Below, in pieces: positions 13,406 to 23,975 of a stretch of DNA of 64,000 bases. Below the pieces are notes generated by a model that saw only the letters and a list, made by a program, of their open reading frames with translations, made no database searches and was not told the origin of the DNA. A program made the position numbers and the translations under genes. This DNA comes from Amoebophrya sp. A120 (taxonomy: Eukaryota > Protista > Dinoflagellata): NCBI GenBank assembly GCA_905178155.1, contig CAJINV010000013.1, positions 2,724,158-2,788,157 on the forward strand, given 5' to 3'. Numbering within the stretch: position 1 is the stretch's first letter; each line of letters starts with the position of its first letter.

Positions 13406-16400
13406 CTAACTTTTCACCACTTTCTTCATCGCGCGTTTGGGTTTGGGGTTTTGGTTCACTTTCTTCTCCTTCTGCTTGCACGCACACTCATGCGCGACCA
13501 TCTTGCTAATTCGCAGCGATTCACTATGGTCATGAGGCCGCTCCACCCGATTGTCGTGATTGAAGAGAATCTTGTACGTTTTGCATTTCCTGCATCGTAA
13601 AAACTCGCAACCTGCCCGGTTCGTGAAAAGTGCGTCTCGTGGTAGAACGTTTCGCCAGCCCTTCGCATCAGACCCAAAATAATACCGGCCCGCCCAGTGG
13701 TTCCAAAGGTGTTGCTCCGGTCGGTAGTCGCCTGTTGCTCTGCCTTGTGCGTCTTTTTTCCTTCCTATCCTGATGTATCCACTCTCCCTGTGGACCTGCG
13801 CATGTTTTTCCATTGCCCCCGCTGTGGAGGCGTACATTAATGCGCACGATTTGCAGAAGATTTTTTTGACATGCGCCGTCGGCCCCCTCGCCATCTTGTC
13901 ACGCAGAATGTCGCTGCTCCTCTCGATGATCTCGCGCCGTATCTCCTGATCTTGCTCGTTGCTGATTTGCTCGACCTTTTTCATAACTAGCGCCTTAATT
14001 TCCGTGTTAGTCGATTTTTTCACCGCATGTTCTTGCTGCATGTGCGCGATCATTTCCTCCGATGGCCCGCCGTCCGTTGTTCCCCACGAGGCCGCCAGCG
14101 GATAGCTCTGCTCGCACCACATGCACTGGCGCTCGGCGTCAAAATGCTCCAGGGCCGACGGCTGTCCTGTCGGGAGCGAGTACACTACATCCTCCGCACT
14201 CACGCTCGAGTCTTGTTCCTGTGCAGCCTTGATTGCATCCGCACGCGTTGGCGTCTGTCCTGGGTTGCCGAAATACTTAATAGCCAGCTCATCCGTTATT
14301 TTCTGCCGTAGTTCCTCGTCTCCATTGCTCCAGTCCGCAGCAGTTTCCCGTATGAAGCACTGCCGCGTCATTGCGTAGAAAAGTCGTTTGTTGGCAGCAT
14401 ATAGCGTCGAGCCATTCGGCAGCTCTTCGGGCTGCCGCGCTTGTGTTGTCTCCAGATCCTCGGTAAGGAGCTGCACCATTTCCATAGGCATGTTGCATTT
14501 TTTCGTCAAATGCTCCAACGCGTCTTGGAGGAAGGACTCCACCCGCCGCTCTTTTGGGTCAACTTCCTTAAGCTCCTTGACTGATCGTAGAACTTCTGCT
14601 CTGGCACGTAAACCATCTTCCAACGCATTGCCAACACTAGCCCCGCGGTACAAAATCGGCACAAACTTGCCCACCAGTGCGCGTCTGGCTAAATCGGTCG
14701 GCTTCCGTCGTAGTACGTGCCCCACAAATCGCATCTGTAGATACTTTAAGTGCACTCTGAACGGCGGGACTTTCAATTTGCGCCGAAGATCGGCCGCGCT
14801 CTTCTTCTGCAGTACACGCTCCCACCACGGAATGTCTTGAATCCTCTGCATCATCGCAATCTCCTCACGCTCGAGAGCCCGCACTTCGTCTGGACTAACA
14901 TACCTCGCCGTCAGGCCGTACAAGAATATGCTTCGGATCATTATGATGATTAGCTCTCCGCGCCGCTCAGCAAAAAGATTCGAAACGCCGCTCATCTTCG
15001 CCCGTAACTTGTTGTAGGCAGTCCAGGCCTTGCGCTTTTTTTGTCGTATGTCTTCACGGGGGTCCGTGTAGCTTCCTAAATTCCTTACCGACATGTCGCA
15101 GATGTTGCCACTAAATCGCTTGGTGTCGTTTTCCCGGCACCCTGACTCCCGCAGTGCCTTCGTCAGTAACTTCATGGCCTTAGACTCCGATGGCGCAAGC
15201 TTCTTCCCGATTAACTCCGCGTTGATTTTCAAGAACTGCTGCAATTCCGCCTCGGTCATGTGTTCCAGCAGCGTCGTGTCATCGGCAAACAGCAGGTCCA
15301 TCACGTGATCAGTGCTCAGCTCCGGCTCACCTTCTTCTGGCTTCTCGCCCCCGGTTATCTCATGCAGCTGGTCGGCCCTCTTCATATGTCCCAAGTCAGC
15401 GCGTGAATATAGCCTCACCCCTTTCAGTGATTCTGACCCCTCCTGACTGCGTAAAAGTCTGTGATATTTCATCACTGCCGTGTAGCTAATCAAGAAGACG
15501 AGGGGGCTGCTGACGCATCCTTCCTTCGTTCCATTTTCCAACGTGAATCGGTTTCCCGGCTTCTTGGTTTCTGGGTCGTAAAACTCGTGCTTGGCATGCC
15601 TATGGCTACTATTTATCAAGCTCCAACATGTTGTCTCCCCTATTCCCAGCGTCTCCATTACCGCCGTCACTAATCTCCAGTCCAGACTTGGGAAGGCTTT
15701 TTTGAGGTCCACCAGCGTCGCCAGTAACCTGCTTGATTTGTGCCGCGAATAGTGACACAGGTCCTCCCTTATTCGGTTCCAGATCATAATACTTTCTAGC
15801 GTGCCGCGATTTGCCCGAAAACCGAACTGGGTCTCGCAAAAGTATTGCTTGTCTTCCAGAACCTTGTAGAGCCGGTCGCTGTAAATTTTTGTGCACAATT
15901 TCAACAAACACGGCGACACTACGAGAAAGCGATAGTTGTCAGGTTTTGTCGGGTCTCCTTTTTTGAACAGCGGCACGTCCCGGCATAAATGCAAATCTTC
16001 ACGCAGCTCGGATAATCGTCGTCCCCGCAGTTGAGAGTTAATGGCCTTGGTCATCATTTGCACTGATGCGTCGTCGAGAAATCTAAATATTCCCGCGTGT
16101 AGACCGAAAACATCCCGCGCCTTGCCGCCCGACATCAACATCTTCGCCGCCTTCGTGAGTTCCTCTTCATCTATGTCTTTGTCCAATTCCTCAATCTCCT
16201 CCGCGGTTAGTTTCGGAACAAGCTCCTCGAGGTGTTGCGTGATCGGCAGCGGGGTGTCCGGATTTAGCCGCGAATTCCCGACACTGTAGTACTGTTCTTC
16301 CGCTTGGGTGGGGCTTATGGCACAAATTCGATCGATCTTTGAAATGTCAAACTCGCGGAAGACTCGCCACATTTCACTTCGTTTCTTCCCATCTTCCAAG

Positions 16401-19400
16401 TACTTCTCAGCGTCTTCCGTGGGGATCTCCTTTTTGACCTTCCCAATGATTTGCGGCATGTGGTGCGTCAAAAAATCCTGCATGTCTTCCAACGAGAACG
16501 CCTCAGCCCCGCCTCTTTTCTCCACGCGCTTCCGTAGGTCATTGTTAAAGTGTGCCAAAATGTCCTCGCTAGGATCTTTGATCAAACCAAACGTGGCAAG
16601 CCGCCGCATTTCGCCCTCTTCCCGTAGTCGCTTCTTCGTCTTGACATCGTGGTCCATCTCGATGGCTTTGTGGTCAAACTTTTTCTGCGCCCAGCGTTCG
16701 CCTTTCTCGTTTTTTCCGTTAATGTCGAACCTCCTGTAGCCCCGCACCTTCTGCAGCTGTTGTCCCGGCACCACAAAAAAGTCGACCTCGTTCCCAGCGT
16801 CATGCGTGGCAAAGTTCAATACTTCGTCGGCTTGAAACGTCCCCGGCAGGACCATATTCATCGCCAAAAGATTTGTCGCCAAAGTGCGGGCATTTGGTGA
16901 GGTCAACGCCGGCCCATTTCCGCCGTGAAATGGGGTGTCGCGATATTGCTGCGCACCAATTTGGCAATTCCAGTCCCCTCCAAAAACTTTCGTCTTCCAT
17001 TTTTGTGATTTCATCTTCTGCATTTCCCGCACTGACGCTGCAAATTGGGAGTTGAAGAAGTCGCGATCTGAGGCAGGGGCGCTGGAGGTAGGGGCATAGA
17101 CCGCGGTATAGATTTCTTCGTCTAGGAATAAAGTGAGGACCCGTGGCCTTGATCTCACCGCCCCGGTCTTGTGCTCGTGTAGTTTGCCCGCTTCAATCTG
17201 GTGTCGCAGCTTGTTGTTCAGGATTAGGATGCCCACTCCGTTGCCATACAGCAGATGAAATTTGTCGCGAATGAGCCAGCTGTAGCCGCTCTTTCCAAAC
17301 TGCCGCATCCCCACCTCATTCTCCTCGTTTTCATTCTCCTCGAGGGCCTCGAGCTGCTCGAGAGCCAGCGCCTCCAGGTGATGCTCGTCGCCCTGTTCGT
17401 CCACTAACTCGCTCTCTAGAAGATCAACCACACCAGCCCCGTCAGGATCCTGGTCCTGCTGCGCTTTTTTGTCCCGCGCCGCGTTCGTTTGCTCGTCGAT
17501 TCCTTGGCGGCTGTACTCGAACTCATCCAGAAGGATAACATCCCACCCGCAAACCCCCGCGGCCCTTAAGACGTGCTCAAACCTGACCGACTCCTGTCCG
17601 CTGCTCCTCATGTTAATGGCAGCCGTTCGCCTTCGCGTATGCCCCGCAAGTGGTTCCTCCTGTGCTGTGACTGCGCGATCCGGAAAAAAGTTGTGCCCCA
17701 ACTCCCCATCGCCATCGCGATTCGAGTCACCGCCGTTTTCGTTCTCCCCACCGTCCTCACTTCCTTCTCCTCGAGAGGCGTCGCTTTCCTTTTTCTCACG
17801 ATCGGCCTGGGCTTCGCGGAAAAAGCTCTGCGGTTTGCTCATGAAGCCGCCCAATGTCCTCTCACCCTGCAATATAACCTGCGCCGTTTTGTCCAGCATC
17901 TTCTCGCAGATAGCAGTCGCGCGCGTCTGTTTCGCAGGTGCTGGCTTATTGTTGTATACAGGTAGGGGGGCACGTCGTCGCCTTTTCTTGTTTCTCCTTG
18001 TTTTCGCATTTCCGCCAATGGTTAGCAACGAGTCGTCCGTCGTTGTCGATTCAGGTGTGCGTGGTGTCTTCATGTCTTCGATGAGAGGCTGTGTGGCTGT
18101 AGGCGGCGACGCGCTCTGCTCCCCCTTCATCGGCTCCGACGTCTGTGTTCTTCCGGGAGTCGCAGAGGCAGGCGGCTGCAACCTTGCCATGGCAGTGGCG
18201 CCACACATCGCTTCCATAGCCTTCTGCTGTTCTTCTATCTTTTTCTTCTTCTTCAGCTCGACCAAGCCCAGTCCAGCAGCTGCAAGAGACATAGCATTCT
18301 CCTCCGGAGCGGTGTGACCATTGTCGACGTCTATTTCCATGTTTTTCAAGCAACACCCCGGCAGCGCATGAGCTTCATCTTCATCGCCCCTCGCAGGCAG
18401 TCGCGCCTGCATCTCATCTTGGTCAAGCAAAGTCGCCCGAACCGTCGTGGCCACCGGCTGCCCTACCAGTGCACGGCGATGTTTTGTCGGCTGGGGGTCT
18501 GCAGGCGTCAGTCGTGCTTTTACCTCGACCAAGCTTTTCTGAATATTGCTCACCAGGGCCGCAGTGTCGTGTCTCATTTTCATCCATAGCTCCGCAAAAG
18601 TCTCCACTCGCCCTCCCTCAGGAGTGTTGCCGCGTCGCTCCTTTTGCTTCCGCTGGGTCCTCTCTTTTCGTCTTTCCCTCCGGGCAGCCACTAGTCGGAG
18701 CAAAGCTTGTCGCTTAGCCTCTTTGGCGCCTGTCGTCCTCCGCGTCTGGCTGTGTGTGCGTAGCATCGCGCGTCGATGTTCGTAGACCCGGCATAATGTC
18801 CTTTGCAATTTGGAGACGGTTTTTCCCACTGTTCGCAGCCGTCCACCAAAGCTGCAGTGCCGTCGGTCTGGCCTTTCCCGTCCTTTCCATCCGTCCGCCA
18901 TCGAGGGCGGATCATTTCTGAATCCATCCGCGTCACCCACCGCTTCGCTGTACTTCAAGTTCTTGTAGATCACACCAAACTCGTATCTGGCTACGTTGAG
19001 AATGTTCTGCAGGGGCAGGATAGTCAGGGTGCTCACAAGAACAAGGATGTGGCAGACACGCGGCGCCCGGCGTGCAAGATCATGTAGGTAACTGTACTCC
19101 CGGTGCCACCAAGCCGGTACTCGTGGTCTCCTCCTCTTTCTTTCCTCGACTATCTCACACTCGATCAGCCGCCCCGCTTCCAGAGTTGGCAACAGTGCCG
19201 CGGGTCTCGGTAAGCCCAATTTTCCACCGCATGACACCACCGCACGCGACCGATGGTTTGCCCCAACAACCTGAGGTTGGAAGGTTCGAAGCGAGGGCAG
19301 GAAGAGTTGCATATGCATGCACACCGAAACAATACAGCCATGAACTTTTGATTGCAGCACGATGGGGGAAGGAAGCAAACATACTAGGGTACCTGATAGG

Positions 19401-21778
19401 GCGCCTCCTCTTATTCCCATCATAGAGGAAGCCGCCCTGACCCGAAATTTTGGCGATGGTGATAAAACTGAGCGAGGCTGTACTGCAGGATGAGAAGCTG
19501 AGGACCATGACCAACAATTTTCACCGCGCGATTGCCCACTGTTTCCACGTCCATGGATTGCATCACTCGGAAGATCATAACCCGCTCCACGTTCCCTTGC
19601 GGTGGTCTCGGTTTGCATCTTGGTCTCGATGCGTCGCGTCATCACGTGTGGACGCTGTGCATCATGAAGTACTTCCCGTTGGCCATTCAACATGCGTTCC
19701 AGCAACAGCAGCAGCCCCGTGATCCGGTGCGCACTACTGGGTCCCCGTGGGCATGAGGTCCGTCTTTTAACATCTTCCGCCGCTCCTCCGCATGCTACTC
19801 CTCCGATGACACCAAAACCAGTCTTGTTGCGGTTTGGGGGTTTTGGCGGTGTGTACACGCTTATTACGGCTGCGAAGCCTTTTTTCATATTATTGGAAAA
19901 AAAAGACCCGAACCCGCTCTCGCGTGATGTGCACGCTGGGCGCAGATCACGACCTCCGCGTTCTGGTCGAATTAGAACAAAGATACGACGGCTTCCTGCC
20001 ATCTGCACCTGCTTTGCCGAGCACCAATTCCCGTCGACAATCACACCGCAGCACGCGCTCCAGATCCACAAGCAGCTGTAGCTGTGCCGCGGAGTGCCTT
20101 CGTGCCCTGCTAGGGCGCTCCCTCTATTTTCCATAGCAGAGGAAGACGCTCCACCCCAAAGTTTTGGCGAAGATGTTAAGAGGTCCAGACGCCAAGCTTT
20201 TTGTACTGCAGTTTTTCGCTGGAGCGCTGATATTCGATTCCCGTCTTCAGCTACTAGCGATTTTTTCTTTTTCGTTGGTGGTGCGGCAGTCTTCTGATTC
20301 AGCTCGGCTTCTGAGGTAGAACGGCATAGCGTAGAATTGGAAGTCCTCACATCCAAAGGTACTGACGTAGCACTACACGGAGAGCGATTGCATGTCCTCG
20401 ATAATTCCAGGGGTACTGTTGTTGCACTACACGGAGAACGATTGCATGTCCTCGACATTTCCAATGGTACGGATGTGGCAATACACGGAGAACGATTGCA
20501 TGTCCACGATAATTCCAGCGGTAATGACGTAGCACATCTCCTCGTGGTATTGGGAGAACTCGCAACGAAAGGTAATGACGTATCACTACTCAACGTTGGA
20601 ATGGGAGGCCTTGAATCCTGTTGCAACAAAACCAACGGCACTGTTGCGCGATGTCGTTCCTGAATCCCCAAACGCGAGTACGGCATTCGCGCGCAGAACG
20701 CCAAGTCCGCATGGCAACCCGGAAGAAGGTGCGCGTCGCCATTCAACACGCAATCCAGCAGCGGCAGTGTGCAGCTCCCCGGCACTCGAATTCCGATAGA
20801 AGTGCCCCGATACGTGTTTTTCTGGAGACAAAAAACCTCCCAAAACGCGCCCACGCCATCGTAATCGCAATGCCGCATTGCGACACGGGGTCCACGTGGA
20901 CACGAGGTCCACCCTCTTACGTTCTCAACAGCTCCCCCTCGTGCTGCTCCGTCCATCACTTTAGGCCAGATGCTGCTACAGTTTGCGCCCGTTGAGGTTG
21001 TGGGCCATCTTCCTGCAGCTGTCAGCCCAGTTTCACCACTCGTCTTCCAATGCCCGCTGGTAACTGATAGCTTCCGGCCCCCGTTGAAGAACGTCCCCAT
21101 TCGACATCGAAGTTCGCAGATCCTCTTACCCACCGCAGTCATCATTCTTTTCCCTCGCTTGCCTCCGTTTTTCCAGCGGTCTGCCCATCGACATCCGTCG
21201 CTGCAATTATGGGAGGAAATTCGAGACCCGAGCACGCTCCCGTGTGATGTGCTGTACATCTGCAGATCACATCCACGATGCTCTGGTCGGGAGAACACTA
21301 AGATATTCCCTCCATTCGCTGTTCCTGGTTGTTTCTCGCCATCGGTCTTCCGTTCAGGTTCACTCGCAATCACCGATGAGTATCTGGACACTGAACTCTT
21401 TGGTTGGAAAGGTAGCAACGCACGCACTCTTATCGAGTTTGATGAAAAAGTCGAAGGCGAGACCGAGCTGCTCAAGCGACGTTTCCTGAAGAGTGACCGC
21501 CTTGATCTCCACGTGCGATCGCTGCGAACACTCCATCTCTCCTTCCCAGCCCAATCGCCATCATCACCGACCCCGTCAAGTGCGATCATCAGAGTCATAT
21601 CCTGCCAATCGGATTTCGACCTCCTTGCACGTCTGCAGAGAACAGTAGCCAGCCAACTGCCCGAGGTTGGACCACTTGCAGGCAAAGCTCCTGCCAAAGT
21701 ACACGACTCAGAAGAGGATAGATGACGTGACCACTTCGATATTGCACACACAGAACCACTGTAACTTGACACATGCAA
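13406..21778 (-). CDS. Retrotransposon polyprotein: long N-terminal region, AP endonuclease, reverse transcriptase, C-terminal Cys/His zinc fingers
   Basis: APE motifs WDVILLDE, GVGIL, VYAPT, GGDWN, VDFF, FDH; RT motifs LFKKGD..NYRFL, QFGFR, VDLKKAF, GTKEGCVSSP, FADDT, LGS; C-terminal CMWC..H...H, CKSC..H...H, CRKC..H.C. No stops; true start unknown. Confidence 0.93.
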   Translation of the reverse strand: MHVSSYSGSVCAISKWSRHLSSSESCTLAGALPASGPTSGSWLATVLCRRARRSKSDWQDMTLMIALDGVGDDGDWAGKERWSVRSDRTWRSRRSLFRKRRLSSSVSPSTFSSNSIRVRALLPFQPKSSVSRYSSVIASEPERKTDGEKQPGTANGGNILVFSRPEHRGCDLQMYSTSHGSVLGSRISSHNCSDGCRWADRWKNGGKRGKRMMTAVGKRICELRCRMGTFFNGGRKLSVTSGHWKTSGETGLTAAGRWPTTSTGANCSSIWPKVMDGAARGGAVENVRGWTSCPRGPRVAMRHCDYDGVGAFWEVFCLQKNTYRGTSIGIRVPGSCTLPLLDCVLNGDAHLLPGCHADLAFCARMPYSRLGIQERHRATVPLVLLQQDSRPPIPTLSSDTSLPFVASSPNTTRRCATSLPLELSWTCNRSPCIATSVPLEMSRTCNRSPCSATTVPLELSRTCNRSPCSATSVPLDVRTSNSTLCRSTSEAELNQKTAAPPTKKKKSLVAEDGNRISALQRKTAVQKAWRLDLLTSSPKLWGGASSSAMENRGSALAGHEGTPRHSYSCLWIWSACCGVIVDGNWCSAKQVQMAGSRRIFVLIRPERGGRDLRPACTSRESGFGSFFSNNMKKGFAAVISVYTPPKPPNRNKTGFGVIGGVACGGAAEDVKRRTSCPRGPSSAHRITGLLLLLERMLNGQREVLHDAQRPHVMTRRIETKMQTETTARERGAGYDLPSDAIHGRGNSGQSRGENCWSWSSASHPAVQPRSVLSPSPKFRVRAASSMMGIRGGALSGTLVCLLPSPIVLQSKVHGCIVSVCMHMQLFLPSLRTFQPQVVGANHRSRAVVSCGGKLGLPRPAALLPTLEAGRLIECEIVEERKRRRPRVPAWWHREYSYLHDLARRAPRVCHILVLVSTLTILPLQNILNVARYEFGVIYKNLKYSEAVGDADGFRNDPPSMADGWKGRERPDRRHCSFGGRLRTVGKTVSKLQRTLCRVYEHRRAMLRTHSQTRRTTGAKEAKRQALLRLVAARRERRKERTQRKQKERRGNTPEGGRVETFAELWMKMRHDTAALVSNIQKSLVEVKARLTPADPQPTKHRRALVGQPVATTVRATLLDQDEMQARLPARGDEDEAHALPGCCLKNMEIDVDNGHTAPEENAMSLAAAGLGLVELKKKKKIEEQQKAMEAMCGATAMARLQPPASATPGRTQTSEPMKGEQSASPPTATQPLIEDMKTPRTPESTTTDDSLLTIGGNAKTRRNKKRRRRAPLPVYNNKPAPAKQTRATAICEKMLDKTAQVILQGERTLGGFMSKPQSFFREAQADREKKESDASRGEGSEDGGENENGGDSNRDGDGELGHNFFPDRAVTAQEEPLAGHTRRRTAAINMRSSGQESVRFEHVLRAAGVCGWDVILLDEFEYSRQGIDEQTNAARDKKAQQDQDPDGAGVVDLLESELVDEQGDEHHLEALALEQLEALEENENEENEVGMRQFGKSGYSWLIRDKFHLLYGNGVGILILNNKLRHQIEAGKLHEHKTGAVRSRPRVLTLFLDEEIYTAVYAPTSSAPASDRDFFNSQFAASVREMQKMKSQKWKTKVFGGDWNCQIGAQQYRDTPFHGGNGPALTSPNARTLATNLLAMNMVLPGTFQADEVLNFATHDAGNEVDFFVVPGQQLQKVRGYRRFDINGKNEKGERWAQKKFDHKAIEMDHDVKTKKRLREEGEMRRLATFGLIKDPSEDILAHFNNDLRKRVEKRGGAEAFSLEDMQDFLTHHMPQIIGKVKKEIPTEDAEKYLEDGKKRSEMWRVFREFDISKIDRICAISPTQAEEQYYSVGNSRLNPDTPLPITQHLEELVPKLTAEEIEELDKDIDEEELTKAAKMLMSGGKARDVFGLHAGIFRFLDDASVQMMTKAINSQLRGRRLSELREDLHLCRDVPLFKKGDPTKPDNYRFLVVSPCLLKLCTKIYSDRLYKVLEDKQYFCETQFGFRANRGTLESIMIWNRIREDLCHYSRHKSSRLLATLVDLKKAFPSLDWRLVTAVMETLGIGETTCWSLINSSHRHAKHEFYDPETKKPGNRFTLENGTKEGCVSSPLVFLISYTAVMKYHRLLRSQEGSESLKGVRLYSRADLGHMKRADQLHEITGGEKPEEGEPELSTDHVMDLLFADDTTLLEHMTEAELQQFLKINAELIGKKLAPSESKAMKLLTKALRESGCRENDTKRFSGNICDMSVRNLGSYTDPREDIRQKKRKAWTAYNKLRAKMSGVSNLFAERRGELIIIMIRSIFLYGLTARYVSPDEVRALEREEIAMMQRIQDIPWWERVLQKKSAADLRRKLKVPPFRVHLKYLQMRFVGHVLRRKPTDLARRALVGKFVPILYRGASVGNALEDGLRARAEVLRSVKELKEVDPKERRVESFLQDALEHLTKKCNMPMEMVQLLTEDLETTQARQPEELPNGSTLYAANKRLFYAMTRQCFIRETAADWSNGDEELRQKITDELAIKYFGNPGQTPTRADAIKAAQEQDSSVSAEDVVYSLPTGQPSALEHFDAERQCMWCEQSYPLAASWGTTDGGPSEEMIAHMQQEHAVKKSTNTEIKALVMKKVEQISNEQDQEIRREIIERSSDILRDKMARGPTAHVKKIFCKSCALMYASTAGAMEKHAQVHRESGYIRIGRKKDAQGRATGDYRPEQHLWNHWAGRYYFGSDAKGWRNVLPRDALFTNRAGCEFLRCRKCKTYKILFNHDNRVERPHDHSESLRISKMVAHECACKQKEKKVNQNPKPKRAMKKVVKS
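20358..20535. repeat. 54-bp tandem repeat, about 3.3 copies, inside the retrotransposon ORF
   Basis: Units start at 20358, 20412, 20466, 20520 and encode TCNRSPCxATxVPLExSR on the minus strand. Confidence 0.9.
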
Positions 21779-22254
21779 AAACTCTGTTGCTACACCTCCA
21801 TGATGACCATGTGATGCCCCGACGCCGTCACCTACTTCGTGATGATCATCTTGGTGTAGTTGTGATTTGAGGCCACTGTGGGTAGTTGTTGAGCGTATTA
21901 CCGATGTTGTTGAGAATTAGACAAAATAAAAGTGTAAATTGTACAACAAGAAAAAGGTTTGTAGAACGGGACTGCCACTGAAAGACGATCGATGTATACG
22001 AAATGCGAACAAGTGAAAGTGAGGAAAAAAAAGGCAAAGCAATATACTGAAAGTCCTTTTGTTGATGGAGGAAGGAATGGGAACAACAAAAAAAAATGCA
22101 ACACTATGCAAAAAATAGGAGCGAGAAAGATCGAGAAAAAAAAAACACGTTTGGGTTCGGCTGTCCTCTCACGCCAAATTTGCCTTTTCCCCGTCGTGCG
22201 CGTCGACTTTGGAACTTTTTCCATTAGGATCGGTCAGCTTCCGTCTCATTGCTC

Positions 22255-23202
22255 TCATGATTTAGAAAAAGCCCCTTCGTGCTCGGGGAACGCGGCAGCG
22301 GGAGCAGATTGCTCCTTGATCATGTCATCGTGAAACACTGAACTACCCCCCGCCGTCGCATTTTGCCGCGTCATTTGCTGCGTGACGGGTCCTTGCTGTG
22401 TGTGAACCGCTCCAGATTGCAGCTGTGTGAACGCACCGGTGTTGCTTGTCGTCGTTCCCTCTCGTCTGCCAGCTGAAAACGTTGGGTGGAGGGGGTCCAC
22501 CGGAGGAGCATCTTCATGTTTCTGCGGGAGCAGTGCTGGCGTTGCCTGTGGATTACGGGACCCGACGGAGGTAGTCGTAGTGTGGTCGTCGGTATTTGAT
22601 TTTTCCCGGCCGTCGACCAGTCGTCTGTCTCCGCCTGGTGGCGCGTTCAGCTTGTCCGTGCTTGACTCATTGTTCGTGTTTTGCTCCCCCTGCAGAAAGC
22701 TTGTACTGCTCGCTTTCTGGTCGTCCGTGTCGGTTTGCAGGAGAACGGAAGACGGTCGCGTGCCGGCGCTCTTCGGTTGGCTCGCGTTCTGCTGCTGCTT
22801 TTGGTCGACGTCCAACTCGGAGGTTACGGTTTCCAGCGGGGCGGGGAGACGCAGCGCGAGCGGAGCAGAAGTGGCCGTGGACGTTGCAGTATTAATCTTC
22901 GGGGAAAAAAGAGCGTGTTCATCGTGGAGGAGGAGCTGCTCCTCTTTTTGAGACTTAGCGACGGCATCACCGTCGACAGCCGGCACGCTTGGGTTCTGCA
23001 AAAATACGCTTGTAGCTCGAAGCCGAGGAAGGAATGAGTCTGGTTCTGTGGAATTGGTGGGGTGTGTCGACGTTTGCAGCTGAGCGAAGGACGAGGACGC
23101 CGGATGGCTCGAGGAGAACGAAGGCCGCGCTAAATGTCGTTGCAATACGTCAACCGTCCAGAGGCGGCCAATGGGCTCCTGCAAAAAGTATGCACGTAAC
23201 AA
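22255..23202 (-). CDS. Hypothetical Ser/Thr/Ala/Gln-rich protein (start uncertain)
   Basis: 315-codon ORF with recurring FAQLQ/VFLQ/VLLQ/SFLQ/FTQLQ motifs; no known domain. Confidence 0.55.
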   Translation of the reverse strand: MLRAYFLQEPIGRLWTVDVLQRHLARPSFSSSHPASSSFAQLQTSTHPTNSTEPDSFLPRLRATSVFLQNPSVPAVDGDAVAKSQKEEQLLLHDEHALFSPKINTATSTATSAPLALRLPAPLETVTSELDVDQKQQQNASQPKSAGTRPSSVLLQTDTDDQKASSTSFLQGEQNTNNESSTDKLNAPPGGDRRLVDGREKSNTDDHTTTTSVGSRNPQATPALLPQKHEDAPPVDPLHPTFSAGRREGTTTSNTGAFTQLQSGAVHTQQGPVTQQMTRQNATAGGSSVFHDDMIKEQSAPAAAFPEHEGAFSKS

Positions 23203-23975
23203 GCACAGCTCATTTTCGTCTCCGATGGCAGGCCGGTGCCCTGCACAACGAACTGATACTCGCTTACGCTTTGTAGTTCAACAAATCGATTACGGTTCCG
23301 GCATGATAGTAAAGCATCATCATCATCATCATCATCTTCATATTAGTGCTTGTCCTGCAATAGAGTTCACAACGTTCTCATCGATCTCTAGTGAAACAAA
23401 AACTAAGTACATATGGACGGTATCATGTTTTGGCAGGATGAAAATTATCCCAAGCAACGTCTGCCATTCTTGTCCGAGCGCGTGCTTGCGTCTTCTCCAG
23501 TATCGAAAAGAAATGCGAGCTTACACCCACCTCTGTTGATCACGATTTTCAACACCGGCTCTTTAATGAAGTAACTTCCAAAGCAATATCTGTACATAGA
23601 TGAAACTACCTGCGCCTGGCAGGGGGAAAAGACACGGCAAGGCCAAGTCCCTGTTGCGGTACCACGCGAAGAGGAAGTTCGCACAATATCTCTTCCCGGA
23701 GGATCATTCATGACATTGGAACTCGTGGCGAGGCACTAAATGTCAAAACCACGACGGGCTCCAATGCGTTGCGAGTCATAGGTGCTTTGGCTTCAGACTG
23801 ACCTGCCGTGTGTGGCGGTCGCAGGCAGCTCAACCCTGCTAAATGATGTAAGTGAGGGCGGATATGGAAGACAAACTAGACGTGCATTTTTATACTATCA
23901 TCGATAATCGAGCACAAAATAACGGAGCCAGGAAATTCAGATACAATGTGGAAGTGGGTGCCTAACTTGCATTCT

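Larger units (their letters stand above)
13333..21848 (-). mobile_element. Non-LTR retrotransposon (APE + RT type), apparently full length
   Basis: Contains the 2790-codon ORF; (CTA)5 tail on the element strand at 13346-13360; candidate TSD tctcggtgtagt (13321-13332) / tcttggtgtagt (21849-21860), 11/12 identical. Limits are inferred. Confidence 0.8.
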
